Notes under the pieces: model-generated
Told to the model about the DNA's origin: nothing
Database searches by the model: none
Seen by the model: the letters and a program-made list of their open reading frames with translations, nothing else
Assembly: GCA_002325785.1 (NCBI GenBank)
Contig: DCSU01000158.1
Location: 30,141-67,064, forward strand
Length of the DNA stretch: 36,924 nucleotides
Source: Bacteroidales bacterium UBA1458
GTDB taxonomy: Bacteria > Bacteroidota > Bacteroidia > Bacteroidales > VadinHA17
Reading direction: 5' to 3'
Shown: positions 27,922 through 36,924 of the stretch, one piece after another
Layout: the number at the start of each line of letters is the position of its first letter
Position numbering within the stretch: position 1 is the stretch's first letter
Position numbers and translations under genes: made by a program

Positions 27922-28866
27922 ATGCAAAGAGAGATAATCAGGATTGATGAAGAGAGGTGTACCGGTTGTGGTATCTGTGTGCCAAACTGCCATGAAGGGG
28001 CCCTCCAGGTGATTGACGGCAAGGTCAGGCTGGTGTCAGAGCTGATGTGCGACGGGCTGGGTGCCTGCATAGGCCACTGCCCGGAGGATGCCATCACCAT
28101 CGAGAAAAGAGAGGCTGAACCGTATGATGAGATCGCCGTGATTGCTGAAATGGTGAATAAAGGTACGAACACTGTCATTGCCCATCTCAGGCATCTGAAA
28201 GATCATAATGAGTACGGATACCTGGAGGAGGGTTCCACCTGGCTGGAGGTACATTCCAAAGATCTGTCATTCAACGTTCAGGAGGTTCTTGATGTGGTTA
28301 ACGAGACCTCCCGGCATAAACATGCTGCATCTGGTATTCGGCATGAACAGGCAGCACCTGGTTTACAGCATGCACATCCTGCACCTGATGTTCATCATTT
28401 ACACGCTGGCGGCACCTGTCCCGGCAGCAGGGAGAGGCTGATAGCCCCAGCACCGGCGTTTGACACGGTTGCGGCAGTGACACCTTCGCAGCTAACCCAC
28501 TGGCCGGTGCAGATGCATCTTGTCAATCCCAACTCCCCGGCTTACAGGAGTGCTGACCTGCTGCTTGCGGCCGACTGTGTGGCATTTTCAATGGGGTCAT
28601 TCCACAACGCCTTCCTGAAAGGCAGAGCCCTTGCAATAGCCTGCCCGAAACTCGACCATGGGACAGAAACTTATATAGATAAACTGACGGTAATGATAGA
28701 TACTGCAAAGGTGAATACTATCACCGTCATGATGATGGAGGTCCCCTGCTGCGGGGGTCTCATACAGATGGTACGTACAGCCATGGCCCGGGCCTCAAGG
28801 AAAGTGCCGGTCAAGGCAATCATGGTAAGCATTGATGGAAAGATCCTCAGTGATGAGTGGATATAA
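27922..28866 (+). CDS. 4Fe-4S ferredoxin-domain protein of the hcp-associated type
   Basis: CTGCGICVPNC and CDGLGACIGHCP; C-terminal CPGS, ADC, ACPKLD, EVPCCGG; His-rich linker. Confidence 0.85.
   Translation: MQREIIRIDEERCTGCGICVPNCHEGALQVIDGKVRLVSELMCDGLGACIGHCPEDAITIEKREAEPYDEIAVIAEMVNKGTNTVIAHLRHLKDHNEYGYLEEGSTWLEVHSKDLSFNVQEVLDVVNETSRHKHAASGIRHEQAAPGLQHAHPAPDVHHLHAGGTCPGSRERLIAPAPAFDTVAAVTPSQLTHWPVQMHLVNPNSPAYRSADLLLAADCVAFSMGSFHNAFLKGRALAIACPKLDHGTETYIDKLTVMIDTAKVNTITVMMMEVPCCGGLIQMVRTAMARASRKVPVKAIMVSIDGKILSDEWI
28312..28410 (+). repeat. In-frame 27-nt degenerate tandem repeat (about 3.7 copies) encoding a His-rich linker
   Basis: RHKHAASGI / RHEQAAPGL / QHAHPAPDV / HHLHAG. Confidence 0.7.
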
Positions 28867-28909
28867 ACGAATTTATATAAAATAAATACCAAACTAAAAA
28901 AGTTAAGAA

Positions 28910-30556
28910 ATGAGCATGTTTTGTTTTCAGTGCCAGGAAACGGCAAAAGGAACCGGATGCGTCATCAAAGGCGTATGCGGAAAGACGGACGATGTTGCAC
29001 AGGCGCAGGATCTGCTGGTATGGGTTGCCAAAGGCATCTCCATACTTGGAACCATTGCCCGTGAGAACCACTATTCAAATGCGAAGGTTGACAGATTCGT
29101 TCAGGAAGCGCTGTTCACAACCATCACCAATGCCAACTTTGACAAGGCTAAGATCTTTTCAAAGATCAATCAGGGCATCGCCCTGAGGGAGAAATTCGTG
29201 GGCGAGATGAAGGGCCATTCTATTGCCATCCCCGGTAATCTCCATGCAAGCGCAACATGGAAGCCTGCAAGCGAGCAGGATATGGTTGACATGGCTGAAA
29301 AGACGGGTGTCCTTACAACGCTTAACGAGGATATACGTTCGCTTCGCGAGCTGGTAATCTATGGAGTAAAGGGTATTGCGGCATACGCAGAACATGCCGG
29401 TAACCTTGGTTTCAACAGCGACAGCGTTGACGCCTTCATTCAACGTGCCCTTACCGCCACCACCAATGACAACCTCTCAGTGGATGAGCTCGTAGCCCTG
29501 GTGCTCGAGACTGGCAAACACGGGGTTGAAGTAATGGCACTTCTTGACAAAGCCAACACTACCGCTTACGGGAACCCCGAGATCACCGAGGTCAACCTGG
29601 GTGTCAGGAAAAACCCTGCCATCCTGATCAGCGGACATGACATGAAAGACATGGAAGAGCTTCTGCGCCAGACCGAAGGCACAGGCGTTGATGTTTATAC
29701 CCACAGCGAGATGCTTCCTGCAAACTACTATCCTGCTTTCAAGAAATACAAGCACTTTGTAGGCAACTATGGAAACTCATGGTGGAGACAGACTACCGAA
29801 TTTGAGAGCTTCAACGGACCCGTTCTCTTCACAACAAACTGCATAGTGCCGCTGCGCGAAAGCTACAGCGACCGGATCTATACTACCGGTTCGTCAGGGT
29901 ATCCCGGTTGCCCCCATATTCCTGACAGGGAGCCTGGTAAGGAGAAAGACTTTTCGGCAATCATTGCGCACGCAAAAAAATGTGCTCCTCCCAAGGAGAT
30001 AGAGACAGGCACCCTGATAGGAGGCTTTGCCCATAACCAGGTGGCACTGCTGGCTGATAAGGTTGTGGATGCAGTGAAGAGCGGTGCCATCAGGAAATTT
30101 GTTGTGATGGGTGGATGTGACGGACGAATGAAGAGCCGCGAATACTACACCGATTTTGCAAAGGCACTTCCTAAGGATACTGTCATCCTGACGGCTGGCT
30201 GCGCCAAATACAGGTACAATAAGCTGAAACTGGGCGATATCAACGGAATACCTCGCGTACTTGACGCCGGACAGTGCAACGACTCCTACTCGCTGGCAGT
30301 GACCGCACTGCTGCTCAAGGATGCCTTCAAACTGAATGACATCAATGAGCTGCCCATAGCATTTAACATCGCATGGTATGAACAGAAGGCTGTCATCGTC
30401 CTTCTGGCCCTCCTCTACCTGGGCGTGAAGAAGATATACCTCGGTCCAACTCTCCCGGGCTTTCTGTCACCAAACGTGGTCAACGTGCTCGTTGAGAAAT
30501 TCGGCATAGCCGGTATTACAACGGTTGATGAGGACATGAAGATCCTGATGAATTAA
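28910..30556 (+). CDS. hcp: Hybrid cluster protein (hydroxylamine/NO reductase)
   Basis: [15 protein letters not shown]...[45 protein letters not shown]. Confidence 0.96.
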   Translation: MSMFCFQCQETAKGTGCVIKGVCGKTDDVAQAQDLLVWVAKGISILGTIARENHYSNAKVDRFVQEALFTTITNANFDKAKIFSKINQGIALREKFVGEMKGHSIAIPGNLHASATWKPASEQDMVDMAEKTGVLTTLNEDIRSLRELVIYGVKGIAAYAEHAGNLGFNSDSVDAFIQRALTATTNDNLSVDELVALVLETGKHGVEVMALLDKANTTAYGNPEITEVNLGVRKNPAILISGHDMKDMEELLRQTEGTGVDVYTHSEMLPANYYPAFKKYKHFVGNYGNSWWRQTTEFESFNGPVLFTTNCIVPLRESYSDRIYTTGSSGYPGCPHIPDREPGKEKDFSAIIAHAKKCAPPKEIETGTLIGGFAHNQVALLADKVVDAVKSGAIRKFVVMGGCDGRMKSREYYTDFAKALPKDTVILTAGCAKYRYNKLKLGDINGIPRVLDAGQCNDSYSLAVTALLLKDAFKLNDINELPIAFNIAWYEQKAVIVLLALLYLGVKKIYLGPTLPGFLSPNVVNVLVEKFGIAGITTVDEDMKILMN

Positions 30557-30576
30557 TCTCAACAGGTAACAGATTG

Positions 30577-30612
30577 AAAGGGAGTTCCGTCACCGAACTC
30601 CCTTTTTCTTTT
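30577..30612 (+). terminator. Intrinsic terminator after hcp
   Basis: 11-bp stem aaagggagttc / gaactcccttt, 7-nt loop, T-tract. Confidence 0.85.
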
Positions 30613-30733
30613 CCATCAGTGCCCACAAACTAATATATATCACATTTTTGCACATTTATCTTGAGATTGAGCATAATTTACTAAATTGCTGATATTAACC
30701 CTCAGGGGGTGTGTATGCTAAAACCTGATCTCC

Positions 30734-33700
30734 ATGGATAAAGGATCTTTATTGAGCACAGCAGACAGCGGCTACTTCATAGGACTTGACATAGGATCCG
30801 TTTCACTTAACACCGTACTGCTCGATGAGCATTTCAGTATTGTCGAAGATTATTATGACTATGTCCATGGAAAACCATTCAATGTGCTACATGAACGCCT
30901 CCGCTCACTTCTGAAAGATCATCCGCCGGAGACGATCAGGGGCATAGCCCTTACCGGCACAGGGGGGAAGCTTGCATCCGGACTCATCGGCGGCCTCTTC
31001 GTCAACGAGATCATTGCCCAGGCCACTGCGGCTGGCAGACTCTTCCCTGACGCCCGGACCGTCATTGAGATCGGGGGGGAAGACTCCAAGTTTATTGTTC
31101 TTGAAAGGCAACCTTCCGATGATTATGCCAGGCTGGTTGACTTTGAGATGAACAGTGTTTGCGCTGCGGGTACAGGCTCTTTTCTCGACCAGCAGGCAAA
31201 GCGTATAGGTGTCCCCATAGAGAAGGAGTTTGGCGAGATGGCTATGCGTTCGGTCAATCCGCCACGTATCGCCGGACGCTGTAGCGTCTTTGCCAAGAGT
31301 GACATGATACACCACCAGCAGCTGGCCACCCCGCTGCATGATATTGTGGCAGGACTGTGTTTTGCGCTGGCAAGGAATTTCCGGAGCACGGTGGCGCGAA
31401 GCAAGGAGATCAGAAAACCCGTGATCTTCTCCGGAGGCGTCGCCGCCAACATAGGTATGGTGAGAGCATTCCGCGAGGTTCTTGACCTCTCCCCTGAAGA
31501 GCTGATCATTCCCGAGCATCATGCCTCGATGGGTGCTATCGGCGCTGTCATGTACTGCCATTCCAACCGTTTACAGATGGATCACTTTGCCGGGCTGGCG
31601 CAGCTGGAGGAGTACCTTAATAACGACAGCACGGTTTTCAGCAGCCTCCCTCAGCTCACAGTATCCGAAGCAACATATAACAAGGAGGTCAGGTTCAGGA
31701 AAAACGGCACTGACAAAATCCCGGTATACCTGGGCATTGATGTCGGCTCCCTGAGCACAAATGTCGTACTGATAGACCCTCAGCATAACGTAGTGGCGAG
31801 ACGGTACCTGCCTACAGCCGGCAAGCCCCTGGAGGCAATACAGAAAGGCATGACCGAAATCTACGACGAAGCGGGAAACGACGTGGTAGTCATCGGCGCA
31901 GGAACCACCGGATCAGGAAGATACCTCACCGGCGACTTCATCGGTGCCGATACCATCCGGAATGAGATAACGGCACAGGCCACGGCCGCAATAGACTATG
32001 ACCCTACGGTTGACACCATTTTTGAGATCGGAGGACAGGATTCCAAGTATATCAGCATCGAGAACGGGGTGGTGGTAGACTTTGAGATGAACAAGGTATG
32101 CGCCGCCGGCACCGGTTCATTCCTGGAAGAACAGGCAGAGAAGCTGAACATTAAGATTATTGATGAGTTCGGAGCCATGGCCCTGAAGTCAGAGTCGCCC
32201 GTCAAGCTGGGCGACCGCTGTACCGTATTCATGGAGTCAGACCTGAATTCATTCATGCAGAAAGGCGCAAGAAATGATAACCTCGTTGGAGGACTGGCAT
32301 ACTCCATAGTATATAACTACCTCCAGAAGGTAGTGGCTGACCGGAAGGTTGGCGACAAGATATTCTTCCAGGGAGGAGTGACGAACAACAAAGCCGTGGT
32401 GGCTGCCTTTGAGCAGGTGCTCGGGAAAAAGATAATTATTCCTCCACACTTCGACGTTACCGGTGCCATAGGAGCAGCTATTCTGGCGCAGCGATCAATG
32501 ACTGAAGGACAAAAGACATCCTTCCGGGGCTTCGGCATACGCAACGCCACCTACGAGATGAGCAGGTTCGTCTGCAACGGCTGCGTAAACCACTGCGAGA
32601 TTAGCAGGGTGAAGATCGAGGGAGATGACAAACCGCTATTCTACGGGGGCCGCTGTGAAAAATACGAGACTGACGGGCGAAAGAAGAACACGGGCCACCT
32701 CCCCAACCTTTTTAAAATAAGGACCGGAATGCTCACCGGAGACTACATTGAAAGAGAGGCAGACGGTAAGCCTACCGTTGGAATACCAAGGGCACTGATG
32801 ATCTACTACCAGCAATTTCCCTTCTGGAGGACCTTCTTTGAGGAGCTGGGTTTCAGAGTCATTCTCTCAAGGGAGTCTGACAAGAAACTAATAGCACAAT
32901 CTATTGAGACTATCACCTCTGAGACCTGTCTGCCGGTTGAGCTGATGCACGGACATGTGATAGACCTTCTTGACAAGGGAGTTGATTATGTCTTTCTCCC
33001 CTTCATTGTCAGCGGCAAATACAAGGAAGGTGACACGACCACAAACTCCAACTGCCCGTGGATACAGTCGTTCCCCTTTATGGTTAAGGCCGCCCTCAGG
33101 GGTAAGGTAGATGATTCGAAGTTCCTCACGCCCACCCTACACTTCAGGTATTTTGAGCGTGCACTGGTGAAAGAGATGATCTCATTCTTCGGTGACAGGT
33201 TCGGCCTTAGCGGAGAAAGGATCAGAAAGGCTGTTTATAAGGCTGACGGTGTCCAGATCTCGTTTGAGAAGGGTCTTGTGGAATACGGGCGTGAGGTGCT
33301 GGCAAATGTCCCTTCCGGCTGCAGGCCGGTGATCATTCTGGGCAGGCCATACAACAGCACTGATCCTCACCTCAACCTCGGTCTCACCGAGAAACTACTG
33401 GCACAGGATGTCATGCCCATTCCTCTTGACATGCTTGATCTTCAGGTAGGGGATATCTACACAAACTATCGGAACATGTACTGGCCCAACGGCCAGAAGA
33501 TGATTGCCGCCGCACAGTATGTTGCCAGAACCGAAGGTCTTTATGCCGTTTACATCAGTAACTTCAGGTGCGGGCCCGACTCATTTATCTGGCACTATAT
33601 TACCGAAGAGCTCAAGGGCAAGCCCTTCCTTCACCTGGAGGTTGACGAGCACTCTGCCGACGCAGGGATGGTAACACGTATCGAGGCGTTCCTTGACAGC

Positions 33701-34987
33701 CTGACAGGCGCGGAACAGAATGAAAAGAAAGATCTGACCGTTATCCGGCCGCGTCCCAGTCCGTCAGAGCCGCCGGTCAACAGGACCCTCTACTTCCCCT
33801 ATATGCATGACGGCGCCTATTTTGTCGCAGCCGCTGCACGTAGCATAGGAATCCCTTCGGAGGTGCTCCCGAAACAGACGGACGAGGATATCGCACTTGG
33901 CAGAAAATACACCTCCTCCAAGGAGTGCTTCCCGATGATATGTACCACAGGCAGTTTCCTCAAGAAGCTGATGGAGCCGGGTGCTGATCCCTCGAAGATG
34001 AGCTTCTTCATGCCTGACCATAACGGCCCGTGCCGGTTCGGACAGTATAACCAGTTCCAGAGGATACTCTTTGACAGGCTGGGATTTAAGGATGCTGAGC
34101 TGGTAACACCCTCCAATGACACCGCCTATGCCGATCTGGCAGGCGACAGGAGCCGGAAGTTCAGGATCAGTGCATGGAAAGGATTCGTCTCATTTGACTA
34201 CATAAGAAAACTGTACCGTGAGATCCGGCCCTATGAGCTGAACAAAGGCGAAACAGAGGCAGTCTACCAGGCGGCATTGAAGAAGGTGGAGAATTGTATT
34301 GAAAACAACAGCCGGGGCCTCCGCCGTCTGCTGGTGGAGATTGCCGGTGAATTCATGGCTGTTAAGGCTGACAGGAGTCGCCGGAGACCTGTCGTAGCAG
34401 TCCTTGGGGAGATTTACATGCGTGACAATGCCGGATGCAACGGCAATATTGCCAACCGTCTCGAAAACCTCGGGGCTGAGGTGGTGATAGGCCCCTTCTC
34501 GGAATGGATCACCTACTCCACGCATCGTTTTACCCGCGACAGCAAGTGGAAAAACGACACCAGGGGGCTTATAAAATCGAAGATTCAGGGTATCGGGCAG
34601 GAGGTGATAGTTGACTACCTCCTCAGGGGTATAAACAAATACACTGACACCACTAAGGATGTCTCTCTGCATGAAATACTTAAGCTGAGCAACAAGTATG
34701 TCAGCGAATTCTACGACGGTGACCCGCCGATAGCCATGGGCTCATCGGCAGCCCTTGCGCAGAGAGGCGTATCAGGCATTGCTGCTATACTTCCCTTTAC
34801 ATGCATGCCCGGCACATTGATAGCATCAGTAAGCGATTCGTTCCGGAAGGACTACAACAATATTCCTTTCCTTAACATTCCCTACGACGGCCAGGATACA
34901 GTCTCACTGGAGACACGGCTTCAGGCCTTCATGTTCCAGGTCAGGGAGTATGCTGAGGCTCGCCAACCAGTGTCATCTCATCAATAA
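30734..34987 (+). CDS. Fused 2x BadF/BadG/BcrA/BcrD ATPase + DUF2229 + dehydratase/reductase-like protein (PlsA/Ger-like architecture)
   Basis: Two activase domains (GLDIGS/GIDVGS, IGGEDSK/IGGQDSK, CAAGTGSFL, RCSVF/RCTVF); CNGCVNHC; GIPRAL, ETCLP, GRPY, FRCGPD, DEH; ECFP, GPCRFGQY, GEIY, PFTCMP. Confidence 0.85.
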   Translation: MDKGSLLSTADSGYFIGLDIGSVSLNTVLLDEHFSIVEDYYDYVHGKPFNVLHERLRSLLKDHPPETIRGIALTGTGGKLASGLIGGLFVNEIIAQATAAGRLFPDARTVIEIGGEDSKFIVLERQPSDDYARLVDFEMNSVCAAGTGSFLDQQAKRIGVPIEKEFGEMAMRSVNPPRIAGRCSVFAKSDMIHHQQLATPLHDIVAGLCFALARNFRSTVARSKEIRKPVIFSGGVAANIGMVRAFREVLDLSPEELIIPEHHASMGAIGAVMYCHSNRLQMDHFAGLAQLEEYLNNDSTVFSSLPQLTVSEATYNKEVRFRKNGTDKIPVYLGIDVGSLSTNVVLIDPQHNVVARRYLPTAGKPLEAIQKGMTEIYDEAGNDVVVIGAGTTGSGRYLTGDFIGADTIRNEITAQATAAIDYDPTVDTIFEIGGQDSKYISIENGVVVDFEMNKVCAAGTGSFLEEQAEKLNIKIIDEFGAMALKSESPVKLGDRCTVFMESDLNSFMQKGARNDNLVGGLAYSIVYNYLQKVVADRKVGDKIFFQGGVTNNKAVVAAFEQVLGKKIIIPPHFDVTGAIGAAILAQRSMTEGQKTSFRGFGIRNATYEMSRFVCNGCVNHCEISRVKIEGDDKPLFYGGRCEKYETDGRKKNTGHLPNLFKIRTGMLTGDYIEREADGKPTVGIPRALMIYYQQFPFWRTFFEELGFRVILSRESDKKLIAQSIETITSETCLPVELMHGHVIDLLDKGVDYVFLPFIVSGKYKEGDTTTNSNCPWIQSFPFMVKAALRGKVDDSKFLTPTLHFRYFERALVKEMISFFGDRFGLSGERIRKAVYKADGVQISFEKGLVEYGREVLANVPSGCRPVIILGRPYNSTDPHLNLGLTEKLLAQDVMPIPLDMLDLQVGDIYTNYRNMYWPNGQKMIAAAQYVARTEGLYAVYISNFRCGPDSFIWHYITEELKGKPFLHLEVDEHSADAGMVTRIEAFLDSLTGAEQNEKKDLTVIRPRPSPSEPPVNRTLYFPYMHDGAYFVAAAARSIGIPSEVLPKQTDEDIALGRKYTSSKECFPMICTTGSFLKKLMEPGADPSKMSFFMPDHNGPCRFGQYNQFQRILFDRLGFKDAELVTPSNDTAYADLAGDRSRKFRISAWKGFVSFDYIRKLYREIRPYELNKGETEAVYQAALKKVENCIENNSRGLRRLLVEIAGEFMAVKADRSRRRPVVAVLGEIYMRDNAGCNGNIANRLENLGAEVVIGPFSEWITYSTHRFTRDSKWKNDTRGLIKSKIQGIGQEVIVDYLLRGINKYTDTTKDVSLHEILKLSNKYVSEFYDGDPPIAMGSSAALAQRGVSGIAAILPFTCMPGTLIASVSDSFRKDYNNIPFLNIPYDGQDTVSLETRLQAFMFQVREYAEARQPVSSHQ

Positions 34988-36924
34988 GGTAGCCTGCACC
35001 TGCAAACTTGTCGACAATAAACAGGACATACCTTATATCAAGGCTTATGTTGCGGCTCTGTGCCGGGTTGTACATGATATCTGACGCCACACCCTCCCAT
35101 GCGCGGTCAAAGTTGACCCCTATAAGGTGCCCCTCGGCGTTAAGCACCGGGCTTCCCGAATTGCCGCCTGTGGTGTGGTTGTTGGCGATGAAGCAGACAG
35201 GGACATCGCCGTTGATTGCGTACCTGCCGAAGTCCTTCTTCTCATAAAGCTCCCTCAGCCTGTCGGGAACATCATAATCATATATCGCGGGGTTATCCTT
35301 CTCCATCACCCCTGTGAGGGTGGTGTAATGCTTGTGATAAACGGCATCGCGTGAATCGTATCCCATCACCTTACCGTAAGCCAGCCTGAGTGTTGAGTTG
35401 GCATCCGGATAGAAGACCTTGTCTTTGCCCTGTTCCATCTGTGCCGCCATGTAAAGCTTGTTCAGCTCGGTCAGGCGGGCGTCAGCTGAAACCATCTCAG
35501 GCCTCACCCTCGATTCTATCAGCTCCGCTGCAGAGACAGCCAGGATATAGAAAGGATCCCTCTGAATCTTTTTTGCATCAAAACTGGCAAGCAGCGTCTT
35601 CACCCTCTCCTCATCAGTGAACACTGATCTGGCAAAGAGCTTGTCAACCACAGCCCCGAAGTTGCCTTTGCATGATGCTGCCAGCTCCCTGTATGCCGGT
35701 GCCTGCCATTCGGTCTCCACATTCTTGCCATACAGTTCCATGACCGCGACAAACAGTTTTTTAGATACATCCTGGTCATAGTTGCGAAAGAAGCCATCTG
35801 CATAGCCCTGTAGTCGTTCAAGTTCCTTCCCGAGGTCGGGGCTCTGCTTTGCTGCCAGCTCCACTGCTCTGCTGAAGGCGCCTGCAAGGCTTGCAGGCTC
35901 AGCGCCTGCGGAGCCGAAGACCTCAGAGGTATAGATACTGACAAGGTAATATTTGGCATAGCTGTCATATATTTCGTCATACTGTTCAAAGAGGCTGCCG
36001 TATTTCTGCATACGGGACGGGTCAGCTGCCACCCAGGTCATAAACTCTTTCTCAAAGGCCTCCTTGCGCTTGACACCGTCCATGTTGTCAAGGCTCTGAA
36101 TCTCCCCTATCCATTTCTTCCAGCCATTAGCCAGGCCGAATGACTTGCCCGAATATTTGAGTCTTATCAGCGGGTCTGTAGCCATCTCCTGTTCCATGAT
36201 GGAAATCTTCTTTCCGCGTATCTCCACCTGCTTCGGATAGATCACATCCTTAAGCATCCTTATATGTTGTGAGGGTGCATACTCCTGGGTTCTTCCGGGA
36301 TAACCGAAGACCATGGTGAAGTCGCCCTCACTGACGCCTGCGAGTGAAACAGGGAAATGATACGCCGGTTTATATGGTACGTTTTCAGCCGAATAAGCTG
36401 CAGGCTTATTCTCACTGTCAGCATAAACCCTGAAGAGGGAGAAATCGCCGGTATGGCGCGGCCATACCCAGTTGTCAGTGTCGCCACCGAACTTGCCTAT
36501 GGCTGAAGGAGGTGCTCCCACCAGCCTGACATCACGGAATACCTCATTGACAATCAGAAAATACTGGTTACCCATGAAGAATGGCCTGACTGCAGAGAGG
36601 TAATGAGTACCCTTAACGGCTTCATTGTTGATGGCGGTGATGTTTGCGTTTACAATGGCATCCCTTTTTTCCTTGTCCATATCATCTGTGACACCGGCAA
36701 GAACCCTGTCTGTGACATCCTCCATGTACTTGAGGATAGTCACCGTCAGCCCGGGATTCGAAAGTTCCTCTGCATTTGAGGATGCCCAGAACCCATCAGC
36801 CAGGTAATCATGTTCAAGAGTCGAGTGATTCTGTATTGATCCGTATCCACAATGGTGGTTTGTAATAATCAGCCCTTTGTCTGAGATGAACTCACCTGTA
36901 CAACCGCCGCCGAAGAGCACCACG
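34941..36924 (-). CDS. S46-family dipeptidyl peptidase, DPP11-like; 5' end lies outside the window
   Basis: GGGCTG, TNHHC, DNWVWPRHTGDF, GYPG, YPDANSTLR, TGGNSGSP, FDRAWEG. Confidence 0.9.
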   Translation of the reverse strand, partial: VVLFGGGCTGEFISDKGLIITNHHCGYGSIQNHSTLEHDYLADGFWASSNAEELSNPGLTVTILKYMEDVTDRVLAGVTDDMDKEKRDAIVNANITAINNEAVKGTHYLSAVRPFFMGNQYFLIVNEVFRDVRLVGAPPSAIGKFGGDTDNWVWPRHTGDFSLFRVYADSENKPAAYSAENVPYKPAYHFPVSLAGVSEGDFTMVFGYPGRTQEYAPSQHIRMLKDVIYPKQVEIRGKKISIMEQEMATDPLIRLKYSGKSFGLANGWKKWIGEIQSLDNMDGVKRKEAFEKEFMTWVAADPSRMQKYGSLFEQYDEIYDSYAKYYLVSIYTSEVFGSAGAEPASLAGAFSRAVELAAKQSPDLGKELERLQGYADGFFRNYDQDVSKKLFVAVMELYGKNVETEWQAPAYRELAASCKGNFGAVVDKLFARSVFTDEERVKTLLASFDAKKIQRDPFYILAVSAAELIESRVRPEMVSADARLTELNKLYMAAQMEQGKDKVFYPDANSTLRLAYGKVMGYDSRDAVYHKHYTTLTGVMEKDNPAIYDYDVPDRLRELYEKKDFGRYAINGDVPVCFIANNHTTGGNSGSPVLNAEGHLIGVNFDRAWEGVASDIMYNPAQSRNISLDIRYVLFIVDKFAGAGYLIDEMTLVGEPQHTP

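Noticed and set aside
30905-31561. 218-aa minus-strand ORF
   Set aside because: Antisense to the conserved activase domain
28910-34987. Co-transcription of hcp with the PlsA-like gene
   Set aside because: A strong intrinsic terminator at 30577-30612 and a 177-nt gap separate them

Overview
Gene-dense chromosomal window, most likely from an anaerobic Bacteroidota (Bacteroidales-like) bacterium, judged from TAnnTTTG promoters, lipoprotein signals, an S46 peptidase and an HcpR2-type site. I saw no rRNA, tRNA, CRISPR array, transposase or phage gene. Left to right: (1) a tightly coupled minus-strand operon of a stand-alone receiver, a YaiO-type TPR/beta-barrel, a SPOR-like/TM/HEAT protein and a processive GT2 synthase, a candidate uncharacterised exopolysaccharide synthesis/export system; (2) a Tat-exported Gfo/Idh/MocA dehydrogenase with a large HEAT-2xDUF1080 protein, beside a GH20-like enzyme, sulfatase, FucP-like MFS and ROK kinase; (3) a malic enzyme lacking the PTA domain; (4) a glycyl-radical hydroxyproline dehydratase (HypD-like) with its activase and a cytidylate-kinase-like gene; (5) a secreted hypothetical protein, an OadA/PycB-like carboxyltransferase with a degenerate biotin motif, an M3 peptidase and an orphan 7TM histidine kinase; (6) an hcpR / Fe-S protein / hcp locus with a perfect 18-bp operator; (7) a 1417-aa fused activase/reductase with the architecture of PlsA/Ger ether-lipid enzymes; (8) a 5'-truncated DPP11-like S46 peptidase. 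All calls come from motif recognition by eye; no database search was run.
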